Shown here piece after piece: positions 32,301 to 33,819 of a stretch of DNA of 33,819 nt (the first letter of the stretch is position 1; each line of letters opens with the position of its first letter). Source of the stretch: Hydrurus foetidus (lineage: Eukaryota); assembly GCA_900617105.1 (NCBI GenBank), contig UYFQ01000298.1, forward strand, positions 1 through 33,819, written 5' to 3'. The translations under genes were made by a program, and so were the position numbers. Under the pieces are notes generated by a model. The model was not told the DNA's origin. It did no database searches and saw only the letters and a program-made list of their open reading frames with translations.

Positions 32301-33819
32301 ACTGGGCCATAAAGGCTCAGTGACATAGTCTAAGGTATCAGAATCCCCAAAGGTATGTGTAAGGGTGGGAATCTGGTCGCCACCTAGGTGCGGTGTATCA
32401 CCCGTACGTTTTGCGAGAATAGTAGTGACACTATTCAGTCGCTCACAACTTACATCACCACAGGAATTTTGGGTCGCGACTCCCTCAATATCCTTTTGGG
32501 TATCGTTACATGTCGACATTGAATGGACACAGGAGACGTTGCTCTTCGAAGAAGATTGACCAAGCAAAACGCTCTTCTTATATGGGTACTCTTGTACTCC
32601 ATATGTAACCCTCTTTTTAGAGGCAGGTTTACCGCCTGGATATTTCAGCTTGTCATAATGAGGCGTGATAGACTCGACTTCAGCTGTATCTGGTTCGGCA
32701 CCCAACGCTATCATTTGACGCGTATACTTATGTTGATACATGGGATCAAGTTTCAACAAAGCTTCCTTCTTATCGAAGTCGCGTTTGCGCGCATCGCTTT
32801 TCTTTTTGTTCTCCGCGCTAAGTTCTGGCGATATGCCGAAAGCAAACGGAGTCAAAGACCAAAAATCATACTTATTTACCGTCTTACGGCTAAACAAAAT
32901 TTCAATTTCGGTTTTTCTATTAACCCTCATGGGTAAGCTGATGCTCTGGCATTCGCCATCGTAAGAATGAAAAAGGATTTTTAAATCGCAAATTTCGTTA
33001 TTTACATAACATTGACCATCGAGGCCGCTACAAACAGTGATAGCTGTAGGAGCGGGGTAACAAAGGTGAGTGGCATTTAATTTTTCTAACATAGTAAAAG
33101 AAATAAAATCCTCCGAGTAATTCGCGGTGTCCAGCACGGCTCTTCCAACGGCACGCAGCTCGCTTGCTGGGCCAGTCCTATCCTTATCCTGCACGATAAC
33201 AGTTACGTTGAGGTGATGAGAAGGAAGGACAGATGGATTATGCAAAAATTCTTCACGAATAGTTACATGTGGCTGTTCTTCAACATGACTATCCATCAGA
33301 TTATGGGAATCATTGTCAAAGACAGCAGCCACGTCATCAGAATAAAGGTTCTTACCTTGATCCTGACCTGAACTGGAGGAGGAGGGAGGGTTGTTTCCTT
33401 GTGGGGGTTGTATTTGTTTCCCCTGCCACCGGATCCACGACCCTGGTTTTGGTTTGCATTGGGGTTGTATCCTCCCCTCTGCTTACCTCTACCCCCTCCA
33501 TGGTTGCCATGGTAACCACCTCCCTGGTTACCTTGGTTTCCCTGGTTTTGGTTATACCCCCCTTGTCCCTGGTTGGAACGATCTGAACCACCAGAGGCAT
33601 TGGGGTTGTTACCGCCACCATGGCTGTTTTTGGGGCGCTTGTTGTCGTTAGACATCAAGTAGGGTTTAGAACCCTTAGGGAGTAGCAGAACGCGATCTTC
33701 GTACCCTGGGAGTACGAGATGTTGTTGCCATTCTGCAAACCCTACCGCTGCCCAAGCCATACCCAATGTAGAATCCTCCCAATCAGCCGAATGGTCTGTA
33801 TTGGAGTCGGAGTAATACA
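29383..33819 (-). pseudogene. pol: Gypsy A gag C-terminus and pol (PR, RT, RH, IN, chromodomain), near intact
   Basis: G/N/Q-rich gag tail; VLDTAN; FRTCIDYR, MDLTAGYHQ, LPFG, YLDD; YTDASD; HNGV...CPCC; SDRGSHF, ENAIVERVNK; chromodomain. Three 1-nt slips and one ~23-nt deletion. Confidence 0.95.

Larger units (their letters stand above)
28891..33819 (-). mobile_element. Ty3/Gypsy family A copy 2 (5' end outside the window)
   Basis: 3' LTR 28891-29098, PPT 29102-29121, gag end and complete pol on the minus strand. Confidence 0.95.

Noticed and set aside
33296..33410. Programmed gag-pol ribosomal frameshift
   Set aside because: The offset is explained by one missing C in a homopolymer; restoring it gives a continuous NPPQGNNPPSSSS frame.

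Overview
Eukaryotic (protist-like, standard code, short GT-AG introns) repeat-rich window with one intact host gene: a 5-exon MO25/CAB39 homologue (5618-7941) whose ATG lies ~185 bp from a ~1.9 kb internal (AAACCCC)n telomere-type array. The rest is nested mobile DNA: two copies of chromodomain Ty3/Gypsy family A (1-2397 +; 28891->33819 -); a complete but internally deleted Gypsy family B (9257-21196 -) whose integrase is interrupted without TSD by a 5.36 kb A1...B1-A2-B2 split-direct-repeat element (Ngaro/PAT-type architecture); two ~743 bp foldback elements with unrelated arms but identical CCAGTGC termini and 4-bp TSDs; and a decayed ~7.7 kb P-superfamily (THAP9-like) element. The most unusual system is this P-like element: its DDE transposase appears split into two convergent genes (first catalytic Asp on the minus strand; second Asp, D-x-x-H and Glu on the plus strand, behind a domain that normally lies at the C-terminus), and the minus-strand gene carries eight tandem in-frame 81-nt exon cassettes that look like a 184-bp satellite. 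Both Gypsy families also have a candidate intron at the gag/protease junction whose splicing would switch Gag-Pol to Gag only. All calls come from reading motifs by eye; no searches were run.
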